This document shows positions 1 through 8,178 of a stretch of 64,000 bases of DNA, piece by piece (position 1 is the first letter of the stretch; the number at the start of each line of letters is the position of its first letter). A program made the position numbers and the translations under genes. Below the pieces are notes generated by a model, which was not told the origin of the DNA, searched no databases, and worked only from the letters and a program-made list of their open reading frames with translations. Origin of the DNA: Anaerolineae bacterium (GTDB taxonomy: Bacteria; Chloroflexota; Anaerolineae; B4-G1; DUEL01); the NCBI GenBank assembly GCA_041082215.1, contig JBDOIF010000091.1, forward strand, positions 9,841 to 73,840, in the 5' to 3' direction.

Positions 1-1210
1 GCTCCACCATACGGAAATAATACCACGATTGGTCCCGCTCCGCATCGGTGGCCCGCTTGAAAAACCAGAAATTGACCACGCCCACCCACGGCCATTCCTC
101 CATTGCCCGCTGATAGGCCAGGGGAGCGTAACGGGCCTGCTGCTGGAGCGTCACCTGTCCGTACCGGCCCAGGTCCCGGATGGAAGGGTCATTGGGGACG
201 GCGTTGGCGTTCATCTCGCTGATCCAGATCGGCTTGGCGCTGTCCCCATTGGCGACCATCATATCCCGCAGGTAGAGCGGGCGGGCGTAGTTGACGTAGG
301 TGAAGGGGCGGAGCCGGTGGTCGGTGGGGCCGGACCAGAGGAGGTAGGCGTTGACGGCCAGGATGTCGAAGCACTCTCCTGCGCCGGCGTCGTACATCCG
401 CTGGAGGAAGACCAGGTCGCTCATATCGCGGGTTCCCAACTGCTGAGTCTGGGCCAGCGCCCCGCTGATCACCACTGCCTCCGGGTCCGCCTCCTTAACT
501 CGCCGATAGGCCAGGCAGAGGAGACGGGTATAGGCCTCGGGGTCCACCGGTTGCTCCCCCCATTCGGGGTAGATGTTGGGCTCGTTCCAGATCTGGTAGT
601 AGCGGATACGGCCCCGGTAGCGGGAGACCACGGCATAGACGTAGTCGCCGAAGTCGGCAAAGTCGTCGGGGGGGGCATAGGGGCCGCGGACGTCCCCGTC
701 GGCACGGGACCAGGCGGGTGGGTTGCTCAGGCGGGCGATAACCTCCAGCCCGTACTGCTCCGCCAATTCCACGATCTGGTCGTACTTGGCCCAGGCGTCC
801 ACCGGGTCCGGCTGCCCGTCCCCATCCAGGTCGTTCCGCCGGTCCACGAAGTCCCCCCTGCCGTGGACCTCAATATCCTCCCAGGGGAACTCCTGCCGGA
901 TCCAGTGGAAGCCGGCCTGGGCGATCATCTGGATGGATCGTTCCCGCTTGGCCGGTTCCACCTCCTGCTCCAGAAAGACGTTAATGCCGAAGGGGTTGAC
1001 GCCAGCGTGGGCTACCGGTGCGTACCGGTCGGTGTAGGGGAGGGGGCGGAGAAGGTTGCCGGCCAGTTGGAGCGCACCACGGGCCTGCCCCAGCAGCTCC
1101 TCCTCGCCGGTCCAGGCAAAGAGGAGGTCCGAAAGGGAGGCGGCGCAGCCGAGGAGGGATAGCAGGGTCAGAAGGTAGAGGGGTATCCGCAGGGAGAAAG
1201 GGCGGCTCAT
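1..1210 (-). CDS. Clan GH-A glycoside hydrolase (GH5/GH39-like), probably membrane-anchored; 3' end runs off the window
   Basis: Hand-translated because it is absent from the ORF track: MSRPFSLRIPLYLLTLLSLLGC...FGINVFLEQE...WIRQEFPWEDIE...YYQIWNEPN (acid/base)...KPIWISEMN (nucleophile). The ATG overlaps the upstream stop (ATGA at 1207-1210). Confidence 0.8.
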   Translation of the reverse strand, partial: MSRPFSLRIPLYLLTLLSLLGCAASLSDLLFAWTGEEELLGQARGALQLAGNLLRPLPYTDRYAPVAHAGVNPFGINVFLEQEVEPAKRERSIQMIAQAGFHWIRQEFPWEDIEVHGRGDFVDRRNDLDGDGQPDPVDAWAKYDQIVELAEQYGLEVIARLSNPPAWSRADGDVRGPYAPPDDFADFGDYVYAVVSRYRGRIRYYQIWNEPNIYPEWGEQPVDPEAYTRLLCLAYRRVKEADPEAVVISGALAQTQQLGTRDMSDLVFLQRMYDAGAGECFDILAVNAYLLWSGPTDHRLRPFTYVNYARPLYLRDMMVANGDSAKPIWISEMNANAVPNDPSIRDLGRYGQVTLQQQARYAPLAYQRAMEEWPWVGVVNFWFFKRATDAERDQSWYYFRMVE

Positions 1211-1572
1211 TGGCCCGGCTCAAGTTCGACCAGGGCAGCCACGCCCGGAGGAAGGTCGCCATGCTCCAGATAGGCCCGCACCTCCTCGCGGGCTTCCTCG
1301 AAGAGGCGGATCATATCCGCATCCGAACCCTTGTATCCGGCGACGGTCCGTCGCGCGCAGGTACAGCAACCCAGGGAGGCCCGGTAGCTATCCAGGTCGC
1401 AGGTCAAACAACTGCCCAGCTTGATCATCATCAGGGAAAACCCCAGGATATCCTCGTGCCCGTCGGGCAGGCTGGACAGATGGTCAATTAATCTGGCCCA
1501 CTCCTCGCCGCGCAGGTTGCGCAACTGGGGGATGCAGCGGGGGGGGAACAGGATCTCGCTATCAGGGTACAT
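1207..1572 (-). CDS. Cys-rich hypothetical protein (CxxC...GCCxC), possibly metal-binding
   Basis: ORF 1207..1683 trimmed to the ATG at 1572 (MYPDSEILFP); motif CLTCDLDSYRASLGCCTC; translationally coupled to the GH gene. Confidence 0.7.
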   Translation of the reverse strand: MYPDSEILFPPRCIPQLRNLRGEEWARLIDHLSSLPDGHEDILGFSLMMIKLGSCLTCDLDSYRASLGCCTCARRTVAGYKGSDADMIRLFEEAREEVRAYLEHGDLPPGVAALVELEPGQ

Positions 1573-1686
1573 CGTGCCGTTTCTCCACAGGATATTCTTA
1601 CCACGGAGACACGGAGAACGCGGAGGTTCTCTGTGTTCCGAGGCCGCGGGCCTAATGATAACACAAAACGGGGTCAGTTTCAAGGG

Positions 1687-2934
1687 TTATCCCACCCGAA
1701 CCCGCCATCCTTCCTGCATGTAAAGCGCGTCGCGGGGGAGGTTTTGTTCGTCCCAGAGGTGGCCGTTCCATTCCCAGAACTGGGCGCGGGTGATGCCGTA
1801 CCGCTGACAGATGGACCAGATCGTATCATTGACGTTCACTATATGGTAGACCGGCGCGGGGCCGGTCGGCGCCTCTTTCACTTTAGCAGGGGGCGCTTCG
1901 GCTCTGGCGGGAGCGGGTTCCGGCGGGACGGGAGCAACCTCGGTGGGAGGTGCCGCCTCCACCTCGACAGGCATCGGGCGGGGAATGGGGGGTGGGGCTG
2001 GAGGCTCCCCCAGGGCGGCTAGGATGGGCCATAGCTCCTGGTCGGTAGAGCCGGCCCGGTAGATGCTGAAAAAGGGTGGTTCGTGAGCGGCCAGCGTCTC
2101 TGCCCACTCCAGGAACTCCTGCGGGGTCAACCGCTGGGTGGCATGTTCGTCCTTGTACGCTGCCAGAATGGGGTAGAGAGGGGGCATGTCCCCCCATTCC
2201 TGGGACCATCGGGCGTGCTCTTCATAGGCCCATTGATCTATGACGGTGGAGGGAGACTGTCGGAAGGTGGGGTAGCATTGGGGCATGAAGCCACCCCGGC
2301 AGAAGAGGTTCATCTGCCGATAAGGGATGTCCAGGTGCTGCCAGATGTTAGGGAAGGAGGTGTAGTAAAGCCTGGCCGGATCCACCCCTGCCCGAAGGAG
2401 ACGCTGTCCCAGCGTCGCTGCCGCCACCCGCTTCCCGGCCGCCTGGTCCTCGATGTCGAAGACCACCCCTTCGTATCCCACCTCCAGCGATTTGAGGGCT
2501 ACCTCCGCTTCGGCAAGGGGGTCGTCGCAGTAAATGAAGGTCCAGGCAAAGGGGATCAGCCCCGCCTCCCGTACCCGCTTCCACACCCGTCGGGCCGCAT
2601 CCACGAAGAACATCCCCCGGTCGCCGGTCTTGTAGAGGATATGGGTGGCGCCGATGGAAAAGGCCATTTCGATGGCCAGGTCTGTCTCTCCGGAATAGAG
2701 AAGCCAGACCCCCTTTCCCCGAAGCCTGGGCACCGGGCTGATGGGCCGTATCGCTCTGATCGTCTCCTCCAGCCGGGCTTCCTCTTCTGCTCTGGTAGGG
2801 CCAGCCTCTTCTCCCGGTTCCTCTTTCACCTGGGGGGGCGCTTCGGGCGCGGGCGGGGCAGGCTGGGTCTTTTCCAGTTCCATACCCTCGAACGGGTCCC
2901 GGCCCAGGCTTCTGCTACCCTTTGACTTTGTCAC
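1687..2934 (-). CDS. Putative glycoside hydrolase-like TIM barrel with C-terminal LysM domain and basic N-terminal peptide
   Basis: C-terminal YHIVNVNDTIWSICQRYGIT...WN is LysM-like; central GKGVWL...FDIE...MPQCY region has a DxE motif; Pro/Glu-rich linkers; no signal peptide. Confidence 0.7.
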   Translation of the reverse strand: MTKSKGSRSLGRDPFEGMELEKTQPAPPAPEAPPQVKEEPGEEAGPTRAEEEARLEETIRAIRPISPVPRLRGKGVWLLYSGETDLAIEMAFSIGATHILYKTGDRGMFFVDAARRVWKRVREAGLIPFAWTFIYCDDPLAEAEVALKSLEVGYEGVVFDIEDQAAGKRVAAATLGQRLLRAGVDPARLYYTSFPNIWQHLDIPYRQMNLFCRGGFMPQCYPTFRQSPSTVIDQWAYEEHARWSQEWGDMPPLYPILAAYKDEHATQRLTPQEFLEWAETLAAHEPPFFSIYRAGSTDQELWPILAALGEPPAPPPIPRPMPVEVEAAPPTEVAPVPPEPAPARAEAPPAKVKEAPTGPAPVYHIVNVNDTIWSICQRYGITRAQFWEWNGHLWDEQNLPRDALYMQEGWRVRVG

Positions 2935-3787
2935 CGCTTGCCACCCTTTCTACCAGTTGAGCATAATCGAAAGCTCCGGTGCTTTGGGGGGCATACTCGA
3001 AGATGGTCTTCCCGTGGCTTGTCGCCTCCGCCAGCTTCACGCTGGCGCGGATCGGATTGGCGACCCGGTCGCCGAAGTAGCGGGTCAGGAGCCCCAGCAC
3101 CTCCCGGTCCATTCGCTGTCGGTCGTTGTAGAAAGTGGGGACAACCAGGGTGAGGCGGATGGGATGATTGACTCTTGCACCGATCTCCTTGAGGGTCTCG
3201 ATCACCTGCCGGGTCCCTACCAGACCCAGGTATTCCATCGCCACCGGCACGATCACTTCCCGATTGTAGCGGAGGCCGCACTCGCCCACCAGGCTGATGG
3301 AAGGGGAGTAGTCCAGAATAATGTAGTCATACCCTTCCAGGCCCTTCATCCTCTCCACCAGCCGGTCCCTGGCCGAACTTCCGGCCCGCCAGAGCTCCCC
3401 TTCGGCCTGGAGGAGGGAGCGGTTGCTGGGGATGAGGTCGAGGTTTTCTCGCGCCCGGACGATGCACTCCGGCAGGTCTGCCCGTCCCAGCAGGAGGTCG
3501 GCGACGGTGTGGTTGAAAGGGGTGCGCAGGGAGGAGGCCAGGCCGCCCTGGGCATCCAGGTCAATGCAAAGGACCCGCGCCCCGCGCAGGGCCAGGCCGG
3601 CGGCCAGGTTGACCACGGTGGTGGTCTTTCCGGTCCCTCCCTTATAGTTCAGCACGCCGATAATCCGCCCCGGCGGCTTCCGTTCCTCCCCCATTCCTGT
3701 GGGGGTCCTGACTTCGGCGGCCTGACGGCGCGGCCCTTTCTCCCGCCGCCGGACCCGTTCCAGAACCTCTCGTAGCTGCCTGTTCAC
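2915..3787 (-). CDS. ParA/Soj family ATPase (orphan)
   Basis: Deviant Walker A KGGTGKTT, CIDLDAQG, YIILDYSP, IRASVKLAEA. The GTG start at 3787 overlaps the yggU stop (GTGA). Confidence 0.9.
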   Translation of the reverse strand: MNRQLREVLERVRRREKGPRRQAAEVRTPTGMGEERKPPGRIIGVLNYKGGTGKTTTVVNLAAGLALRGARVLCIDLDAQGGLASSLRTPFNHTVADLLLGRADLPECIVRARENLDLIPSNRSLLQAEGELWRAGSSARDRLVERMKGLEGYDYIILDYSPSISLVGECGLRYNREVIVPVAMEYLGLVGTRQVIETLKEIGARVNHPIRLTLVVPTFYNDRQRMDREVLGLLTRYFGDRVANPIRASVKLAEATSHGKTIFEYAPQSTGAFDYAQLVERVASGDKVKG

Positions 3788-4092
3788 TCGCTCTGTTCCT
3801 CTACGCTGAGTAATGCGTGTACCTGTTCTGCGCCCACCCCTGCCACGCGCACCAGCTTGTGGCGAGAGGTGTGGCCGGAGAGGACCTCCACTGCCTCCAT
3901 CGGCACTCCCAGCCGATCGGCCAGGAAGGCCCGCAGTGCCTGGTTGGCCTCTCCACCCACCGGTGCGGCCCTCAGACGGACCTTGAGGGCCTCCCCGTAA
4001 AGCCCCACCACTGTGTCCCGATGGCTTCGGGGGACGACATGTACCCCAAAGGTGCAGCCCTCTTTCCCCTGCGTGACCCGTAGCCCTTTCAT
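3784..4092 (-). CDS. yggU: DUF167/YggU (UPF0235) family protein
   Basis: VVPRS...ALKVRLRAAPVGGEAN...SGHTSRHK; ATG at 4092 coupled to the yggT stop. Confidence 0.85.
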   Translation of the reverse strand: MKGLRVTQGKEGCTFGVHVVPRSHRDTVVGLYGEALKVRLRAAPVGGEANQALRAFLADRLGVPMEAVEVLSGHTSRHKLVRVAGVGAEQVHALLSVEEQSE

Positions 4093-4346
4093 AGCAGCAC
4101 CCAGAGCAGGATCTGTTCCACCAGCCACAGGATGAGAATGAGCACCATCGGGCTGAAGTCAATCGGCCCCGTCGGCGGGAGCCGCCGGCGGATGGGGGCC
4201 AGCAGCGGCTCGGTAATGTTCCAGAGGAAGCGCATCACCGGATGGGCGTAGCTCATCCCCAAAAGCGGCAATACCGCCCGGGCGATAAGGGCCAGGGTGT
4301 AGAGGGTGAAGAGGGTGCGGATGAGACGGTAAAGAAAGTAGGTCAT
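4089..4346 (-). CDS. yggT: YggT family membrane protein
   Basis: ITEPLLAPIRRRLP...IDFSP motif; follows yggS. Confidence 0.9.
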   Translation of the reverse strand: MTYFLYRLIRTLFTLYTLALIARAVLPLLGMSYAHPVMRFLWNITEPLLAPIRRRLPPTGPIDFSPMVLILILWLVEQILLWVLL

Positions 4347-4361
4347 TCTGTGGGTCCTTTG

Positions 4362-4400
4362 TTGTTGGGTAGTTAGGTCACTGGGTTATTGGGTGATTGG
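4362..4400. repeat. Degenerate 8-nt periodic repeat overlapping the yggS 3' end
   Basis: ttgggtag ttaggtca ctgggtta ttgggtga ttgg. Confidence 0.55.
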
Positions 4401-5138
4401 AGGGCGGGGGCCGAAGATGGCGCGGCCGATACGGACGATCGTGGCTCCCTCCTCCACCGCTACCTCAAAGTCGTCGGTCATCCCCATCGAGAGATGCCTC
4501 CAGTCCACCTCCGGGAACCGTTCTCTCAGCGCGTCCCGCAATGCCCGCAGGGAGGCGAATACGGGGCGGACCGTTTCCGGGTCGTCGGCGATGGGGGCGA
4601 CGGTCATCAGCCCCTCGACCCGCAGCCCCGGCAGGGCCAGGACCCCGGCACAGGCGGCGAAGAAAAGCTCCCGCTGCTGTTCATCCTCCTGCCAGCGGTC
4701 CGCCGGGAAGCCGTACTTGGCCTCTTCTCCGCTGACATTGCACTCCAGGAAGACAGGCATCTCCCGCCCTGCCTCTATTGTGAACTGGCTCAGCCTGCGG
4801 GCGATCTTGAGCCGGTCCACCGAATGGACCACATCGAAATGGGCCACGGCAAGGGCGGCTTTCCGGCTCTGGACATGGCCCACCATGTGCCAGGTGGGGC
4901 GGGGGCCGGCGATCAGGGTATTGACCTGTGGGATTTTCTCCGCCCCCTCCTCCGGCCGGTTTTCCCCGAAGTGGCGGATGCCCGCCTGATAGCCTGCCAG
5001 GACCGTCTCCACCGGAAAGGTTTTGGTCACCGCTACGAGCGTCACCCCGGCGGGGTCCCGTCCGGCCCGCAGCGCTGCCTCTCCGATCCGCTCCTGCACC
5101 TGTTGCAGGTTCCGCCGAATCCGCTCTGCCCCGCCCAT
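4386..5138 (-). CDS. yggS: YggS/PLPBP pyridoxal phosphate homeostasis protein
   Basis: LVAVTKT, FGENR, WHMVGHVQS, LSMGMTDD, VRIGRAIFG; start trimmed to the ATG at 5138. Confidence 0.95.
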   Translation of the reverse strand: MGGAERIRRNLQQVQERIGEAALRAGRDPAGVTLVAVTKTFPVETVLAGYQAGIRHFGENRPEEGAEKIPQVNTLIAGPRPTWHMVGHVQSRKAALAVAHFDVVHSVDRLKIARRLSQFTIEAGREMPVFLECNVSGEEAKYGFPADRWQEDEQQRELFFAACAGVLALPGLRVEGLMTVAPIADDPETVRPVFASLRALRDALRERFPEVDWRHLSMGMTDDFEVAVEEGATIVRIGRAIFGPRPPITQ

Positions 5139-5146
5139 CCCATTCA

Positions 5147-5929
5147 CTATACTTGTTCCAGCATAACCAGTACACCGAACCGGCCGGTCCGCCCCCTCTC
5201 GGCCCGGTGGGAGAACCACTCGTCGGTGTGACAGGCGGTGCAGAGACCGGCGCGTTCCACCTGCTTTACCCCCGCTGCCGCAAGCTGGGCCTCCACCGCT
5301 CCGGGCAGGTCCAGGTAGAGGCTCCCATCCCGTCGTTCGATCACCTCCGCTCCCTCCGGGCAGACGGCGGTCACCGCCCCCGCTACCTCCGGCCCGACCT
5401 GGTAGCAGCAGGGGCCGATGGTCGGGCCGATGCCGGCCCATAGTTCCGCGGGAGAGCTGCCGGCGTGGCGGGCAAAGGCCGCCACCGCTGCCGGAACGAC
5501 CCCGTTGACCACCCCCCGCCAGCCAGCATGGACCAGCCCCACCGCCCGGTGGATCGGGTCGAAGAGGAGGAGCGGGACGCAGTCGGCGAAGCGGAAGAGG
5601 AGAGCGACGCCAGGGGTGGTGGTGAGCAGCCCATCGGTAGCCGGCTGGACTGTGCCAACGTGGGCCTCTCCGACCAGCCGCACGCTGGCACTGTGAACCT
5701 GGTAGGGGCTGACGACCTGGTCACGGTGGATGTTCAGGGCGGAGAAGACCCGGCGGTGGTTTTCCTCGACCGCAGCCAGATCATCCCCCACCGTGTGGCC
5801 CAGGTTCAGGGTGGCAAATGCCCCCCGGCTCACCCCCCCCTGGCGGGTGAGCACGGCTTGCATCACCCCCGCCCCCTCCAGCCCATCGAACCGGTAGAGA
5901 GCGATGCCGTCAACGACTTCCCGGCGCAT
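5147..5929 (-). CDS. pgeF: PgeF/YfiH purine nucleoside phosphorylase / peptidoglycan editing factor
   Basis: QVHS, ADCVP, HAGWRG, GPTIGPCCY, WFSHR motifs. Confidence 0.92.
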   Translation of the reverse strand: MRREVVDGIALYRFDGLEGAGVMQAVLTRQGGVSRGAFATLNLGHTVGDDLAAVEENHRRVFSALNIHRDQVVSPYQVHSASVRLVGEAHVGTVQPATDGLLTTTPGVALLFRFADCVPLLLFDPIHRAVGLVHAGWRGVVNGVVPAAVAAFARHAGSSPAELWAGIGPTIGPCCYQVGPEVAGAVTAVCPEGAEVIERRDGSLYLDLPGAVEAQLAAAGVKQVERAGLCTACHTDEWFSHRAERGRTGRFGVLVMLEQV

Positions 5930-5981
5930 CGGTCCTCAATTATGCCCCGAGAGGTCATTCTGCGCAAGTCCCCAGGGCCTG

Positions 5982-7070
5982 CTAAAGCGTAGGACAACTC
6001 CTGTGGAGTTGTCCTACGCTGCAAGCGATGCGCCGGTCGGTGACGGACATCGGCAGCCCGTCCAGCTCCTCCGGGGCCACCCAACGGACCTCGGCGCAGT
6101 CCAGGCAGTGCGGCTCCCCGGCCCGTAAACGGCAGAGAAACACATAGAGGGTGATGCGGAAGTGGGTGTAGGCATGCTCCAGCGTGAGGAGCGGTTCTCC
6201 CACCTCTACCTGAATCCCCAGCTCCTCCTGTAACTCCCGGGCCAGGCATTCCGGGAGGGTTTCCCCCGCCTCCCGTTTGCCGCCGGGGAACTCCCACAGG
6301 CCGCCCAGGAAATCGTCTGCGTTCCGGCGGGCTACCAGTACCCGCCCATCCTCCCGCAGGAGCACACCGGCAGTCACATCGTAGTGGGGGATGGACCGGC
6401 GTCGGGAGGGGGTGGGCAGCTCCCCCTGGCGTCCCTCTCGGCGGGCCTGGCAACCGTCGGACAGGGGGCAGCGGCCGCAATGGGGGGCGCGGGGCAGACA
6501 GACTGTAGCCCCCAGTTCCATCAGCGCCTCGTTGAACGCGCCGGGCCGGTCCGGGGGGAGGAGGGAGCGAGCCAGCTCTTCCAGCCTGCGGCGGGTGGGC
6601 CCACGGCGGATGTCCCCCTCCACGGCGAAGAGCCGGGACAACACGCGGCGGCTGTTGCCGTCCAGAGCGACGACGGGGCGGCCAAAGGCGATGGAGGCGA
6701 CCGCGCCGGCGGTGTAGGGGCCGAACCCCGGCAGGGCCAGCAGCCCCTCGCAGGTATCCGGCAGATGGCCCCCGTGCTCCGCCATTACCCGACGGGCGGC
6801 GGCGTGGAGATGACGGGCGCGGGTGTAATAGCCCAGCCCCTCCCAGACCCTCAACACTTCCTCCAGCGGAGCCTCCGCCAGGGCCTTCAGGGTGGGAAAA
6901 CGGGCCAGAAACCGCTCGTAGTACGGGATAACGGTCTCTACCCGGGTCTGCTGGAGCATCACCTCGGCCACCCAGACCCGATAGGGGGTCCGGTCCTGTC
7001 GCCAGGGGAGGCGACGGGCCTCGTGGGCAAACCAGTTCAGCAGCCGGTCGGTCAGGGGAAATGGTTTCAT
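5982..7070 (-). CDS. mutY: A/G-specific adenine glycosylase MutY with C-terminal NUDIX-like domain
   Basis: LPWR, VWVAEVMLQQT, WEGLGYY, HhH LPGFGPYTA, Fe-S motif CLPRAPHCGRCPLSDGC, LWEFPGGK. Confidence 0.95.
   Translation of the reverse strand: MKPFPLTDRLLNWFAHEARRLPWRQDRTPYRVWVAEVMLQQTRVETVIPYYERFLARFPTLKALAEAPLEEVLRVWEGLGYYTRARHLHAAARRVMAEHGGHLPDTCEGLLALPGFGPYTAGAVASIAFGRPVVALDGNSRRVLSRLFAVEGDIRRGPTRRRLEELARSLLPPDRPGAFNEALMELGATVCLPRAPHCGRCPLSDGCQARREGRQGELPTPSRRRSIPHYDVTAGVLLREDGRVLVARRNADDFLGGLWEFPGGKREAGETLPECLARELQEELGIQVEVGEPLLTLEHAYTHFRITLYVFLCRLRAGEPHCLDCAEVRWVAPEELDGLPMSVTDRRIACSVGQLHRSCPTL
5989..6017. repeat. GTAG-type REP palindrome inside the mutY 3' end
   Basis: GTAGGACAACTC-ctgtg-GAGTTGTCCTAC; near-identical copy at 20288-20315. 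Confidence 0.8.
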
Positions 7071-7098
7071 CAGTCAATGATACCACGAAAGCCTGGAT

Positions 7099-7127
7099 TT
7101 GCCTATTTTGGCCAGGTGTGGTAAAAT
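7099..7127 (+). promoter_or_regulatory. sigma70-type promoter of csp-RRM
   Basis: TTGCCT-17 nt-TAAAAT with an extended -10 TG. Confidence 0.7.
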
Positions 7128-7163
7128 ATTATTGCAGGACGAAGTAGGTTTGGTCGTATGTCG

Positions 7164-7203
7164 AAGACTGCCCAGACTTGCGGAGACTGGGCGGTCTTTT
7201 TTT
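7164..7203 (+). terminator. Intrinsic terminator-like hairpin within the csp 5' leader
   Basis: AGACTGCCCAG-loop-CTGGGCGGTCT followed by a T-run; lies between the promoter and the csp start. Confidence 0.65.
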
Positions 7204-7252
7204 CTGCCCGTACCGCTTCACCTGCAATCAAGAAAGTTAAGGAGCAAAGAAA

Positions 7253-7462
7253 GTGACCGAAAGAGAGACCGGAACCGTCAAGTGGTTCAACGACGCAAAG
7301 GGGTATGGCTTCATTTCCCGTGATGCTGGAGAGGACGTCTTCGTCCATTTCTCGGCGATCGCAGGGGATGGATTCCGCTCATTGCGCGAGAACCAGCGGG
7401 TTGAGTTTAGCGTCGAACGAGGGCCTAAGGGATTGCAGGCCGTCAACGTGCGGGCTCTGTAA
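7253..7462 (+). CDS. csp: Cold-shock protein
   Basis: [24 protein letters not shown]. Confidence 0.97.
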   Translation: MTERETGTVKWFNDAKGYGFISRDAGEDVFVHFSAIAGDGFRSLRENQRVEFSVERGPKGLQAVNVRAL

Positions 7463-7507
7463 ATGGATGTGGCCCAGGGGCCGCATCTGAAAGGAACAGT
7501 TGGAAGA

Positions 7508-7795
7508 ATGCCGAAGAAATTGTACGTGGGCAATCTGAGTTATGGGACCACCAATGCCGATCTGTCCGAGCTTTTCGGGGAGGTTGGGGAGGTGCTGTCG
7601 GTGGACCTCGTCACGGATCGGATGACGGGCCGCTCCAAGGGCTTTGCCTTTGTCGAGATGGCGGAGCACGATGCGGCGATGAAGGCCATTGACCAGCTCA
7701 ACGGTCGGGATGTGGACGGGCGAGCCATCAAGGTGGCGGAGGCACGTCCCAAGCAGGACAACCGGGGCGGGGGCGGACGACGCAACCGCTGGTAG
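7508..7795 (+). CDS. RRM-domain RNA-binding protein
   Basis: KLYVGNL (RNP2), SKGFAFVEM (RNP1), Gly/Arg tail. Confidence 0.95.
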   Translation: MPKKLYVGNLSYGTTNADLSELFGEVGEVLSVDLVTDRMTGRSKGFAFVEMAEHDAAMKAIDQLNGRDVDGRAIKVAEARPKQDNRGGGGRRNRW

Positions 7796-7820
7796 AAGTG
7801 GCCTGACCGGATTGGAGCAG

Positions 7821-7862
7821 ACGGCCGCACGGTTTCTCCGCAGACCGTGCGGCCGTTTTTTT
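7821..7862 (+). terminator. Rho-independent terminator of csp-RRM
   Basis: ACGGCCGCACGGT-loop-ACCGTGCGGCCGT followed by a T-run. Confidence 0.85.
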
Positions 7863-7883
7863 CGTGCCGTTCGCCCTCATTCG

Positions 7884-8080
7884 TGAAGTGTATTTCAGTC
7901 TAGGGGCGGGATGTCCCTGGCCCGGGCCGGACCTGGGGAAACACGAATGGCGCGAATGGAAACGAATACCGCGAATGAAGCAGGTATCCCTACTGTTCGC
8001 TGTATTCGGGCCATTCGTGGGATTCGCGATCCACCGGCGAGCGGGAGGACCACTCGCCCCGAAATTGAAATACGCCCTCA
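7884..8080. mobile_element. MITE-like non-coding element with ~33-bp imperfect terminal inverted repeats
   Basis: Left end tgaagtgtatttcagtctaggggcgggatgtcc matches the reverse complement of the right end, tgagggcgtatttcaatttcggggcgagtggtcc; internal CGAAT and ATTCG periodic arms. Confidence 0.5.
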
Positions 8081-8094
8081 TTCGCGTACCTGGT

Positions 8095-8145
8095 TTGACG
8101 CCAGAGGCCATCCGTATTATAATTTTATAATGTCAACAGTTGACA
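8095..8145 (+). promoter_or_regulatory. sigma70 promoter plus palindromic GntR/FadR-type operator
   Basis: TTGACG(8095)-17 nt-TATAAT(8118); palindrome TGTCAACAGTTGACA at 8131-8145, at the predicted transcription start. Confidence 0.75.
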
Positions 8146-8178
8146 ATTCACCTCACAGCTATTGACCTTGCCGGTGCT

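Noticed and set aside
29-1162. 377-aa + strand ORF, and many other long ORFs such as 16154..17962, 24119..26302, 55197..56858 and 63044..63976
   Set aside because: Antisense or alternate-frame shadows of well-supported genes in GC-rich DNA; no recognisable motifs.
3788-4162. N-terminal extension of the ParA ORF to 4162
   Set aside because: Overlaps yggU/yggT and is low-complexity; the coupled GTG at 3787 is the more plausible start.
7940-8030. Periodic repeats considered as a CRISPR array
   Set aside because: Units are about 9 nt, degenerate and lack unique spacers; no cas genes.
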